DNA from: an uncultured delta proteobacterium
Lineage (GTDB): Bacteria; Desulfobacterota; Desulfuromonadia; Desulfuromonadales; JACZKF01
Assembly: GCA_963816395.1 (NCBI GenBank)
Contig: CAWFKQ010000012.1
Coordinates: 2,155 to 66,154 of the forward strand
Direction of reading: 5' to 3'
Length of the DNA: 64,000 bases
Shown here: positions 63,354 through 64,000 of the stretch, in pieces
Layout of the letters: each line of letters opens with the position of its first letter
Numbering within the stretch: position 1 is the stretch's first letter
Position numbers and translations under genes: made by a program
The notes under the pieces: generated by a model
The model's input: the letters and a program-made list of their open reading frames with translations, nothing else
Databases searched by the model: none
Told to the model about the DNA's origin: nothing

Positions 63354-63807
63354 CTACAGCGTTTCCACGGCACCGCTCAGGCGGTGCTGCAGAAGTCCGA
63401 TGACAGCTCCAGCACTGGCGCTCAACGTCGATCTTGGCCACGGTCTCTGCATGACAGCGAATGCAGTTGACCTGCATGACGTTCTGGCCGTGTTCGGATA
63501 TCCGGATCCGCTCAGGAACTCGGCCTGAATAGAAAAAGACCATATCCTTGAGCCCGTCAACCGACTTCCAGAAGTAGTGCGCCGGGGCATTCTGGTTCGG
63601 CAGGTGGCAGTCGACGCAAAGAATGCCGCGGTGCGCCCCGGTCAGCCGCCACGCCTCGAATTCGGCCTCCATCACATGGCAGCTCGAACAGTAATCCGGC
63701 GTACTGCTTCTGGCCAGCACGGCCGGCGGCCCCAGGAGGAAATAGGCGGCGACTGCCGCCATCCCGAGAATGACCAGACAGATGAGCAGCAGCTTTCGGC
63801 CCGGCAT
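63354..63807 (-). CDS. nrfH: Cytochrome c nitrite reductase small subunit (frameshift near 63395)
   Basis: N-terminal TM; four hemes CSSCH, CVDCH, CIRCH, CWSCH; natural C-terminus LQHRLSGAVETL* in the adjacent frame. Confidence 0.92.
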
Positions 63808-64000
63808 TTTCTCACCCCCTTTGCAATGCTCGAGGGTTTGTGCTCCGCCACTTCCGCCCCTGTCCCGGAAAGGTGTAGATCAGAGGCCGGCATTGGGCGC
63901 AGTGAACACTTCTCTACTGATGAAATTTTTAACATAAATTTAAATTAATTCAAGGCGGATGCCTCAGCCGGCAGGGAAATCCCCAGTCCAGGGTACCTTC

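Noticed and set aside
61804-63807. Apparent 667-aa NrfH-NrfA fusion
   Set aside because: The linker is Arg-rich junk, NrfH's natural end lies in another frame (stop 63354), and nrfA has its own RBS and lipoprotein signal. One indel explains it.
63915-63955. FNR/HcpR-like box upstream of nrfH
   Set aside because: AT-rich with only a weak match to TTGAT-N4-ATCAA; cannot be supported by eye.

Overview
High-GC bacterial chromosomal window. Gene content (GEMM-I riboswitch, PEP-CTERM protein, Geobacter-type NrfHA, iorAB-paaK, pyc, Tgl/PilF-like TPR next to rlmN-ndk) suggests Desulfuromonadales/Geobacterales; this is an inference. The left end holds the leader end of a type I-E CRISPR array, cas2 and cas1. 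The gene directly upstream of cas1 is not cas6e/Cascade/cas3 but a DUF1016/YhcG PD-(D/E)XK nuclease whose stop overlaps the cas1 start. The rest is mostly housekeeping and envelope genes (pyc, nfeD/SPFH, coaBC, udg, yhaM, mtnP, rlmN, ndk, tamAB, rph/rdgB, copA, iorAB, nrfHA). Intergenic spaces carry many short-period (7-9 nt) inverted-repeat hairpins, a perfect (AGGTTCG)18 array next to a structured non-coding element, and a 125-bp MITE-like element. At least 15 genes, some normally essential, have single-base frameshifts, most likely assembly errors. All product calls come from motif recognition by eye, not database searches.
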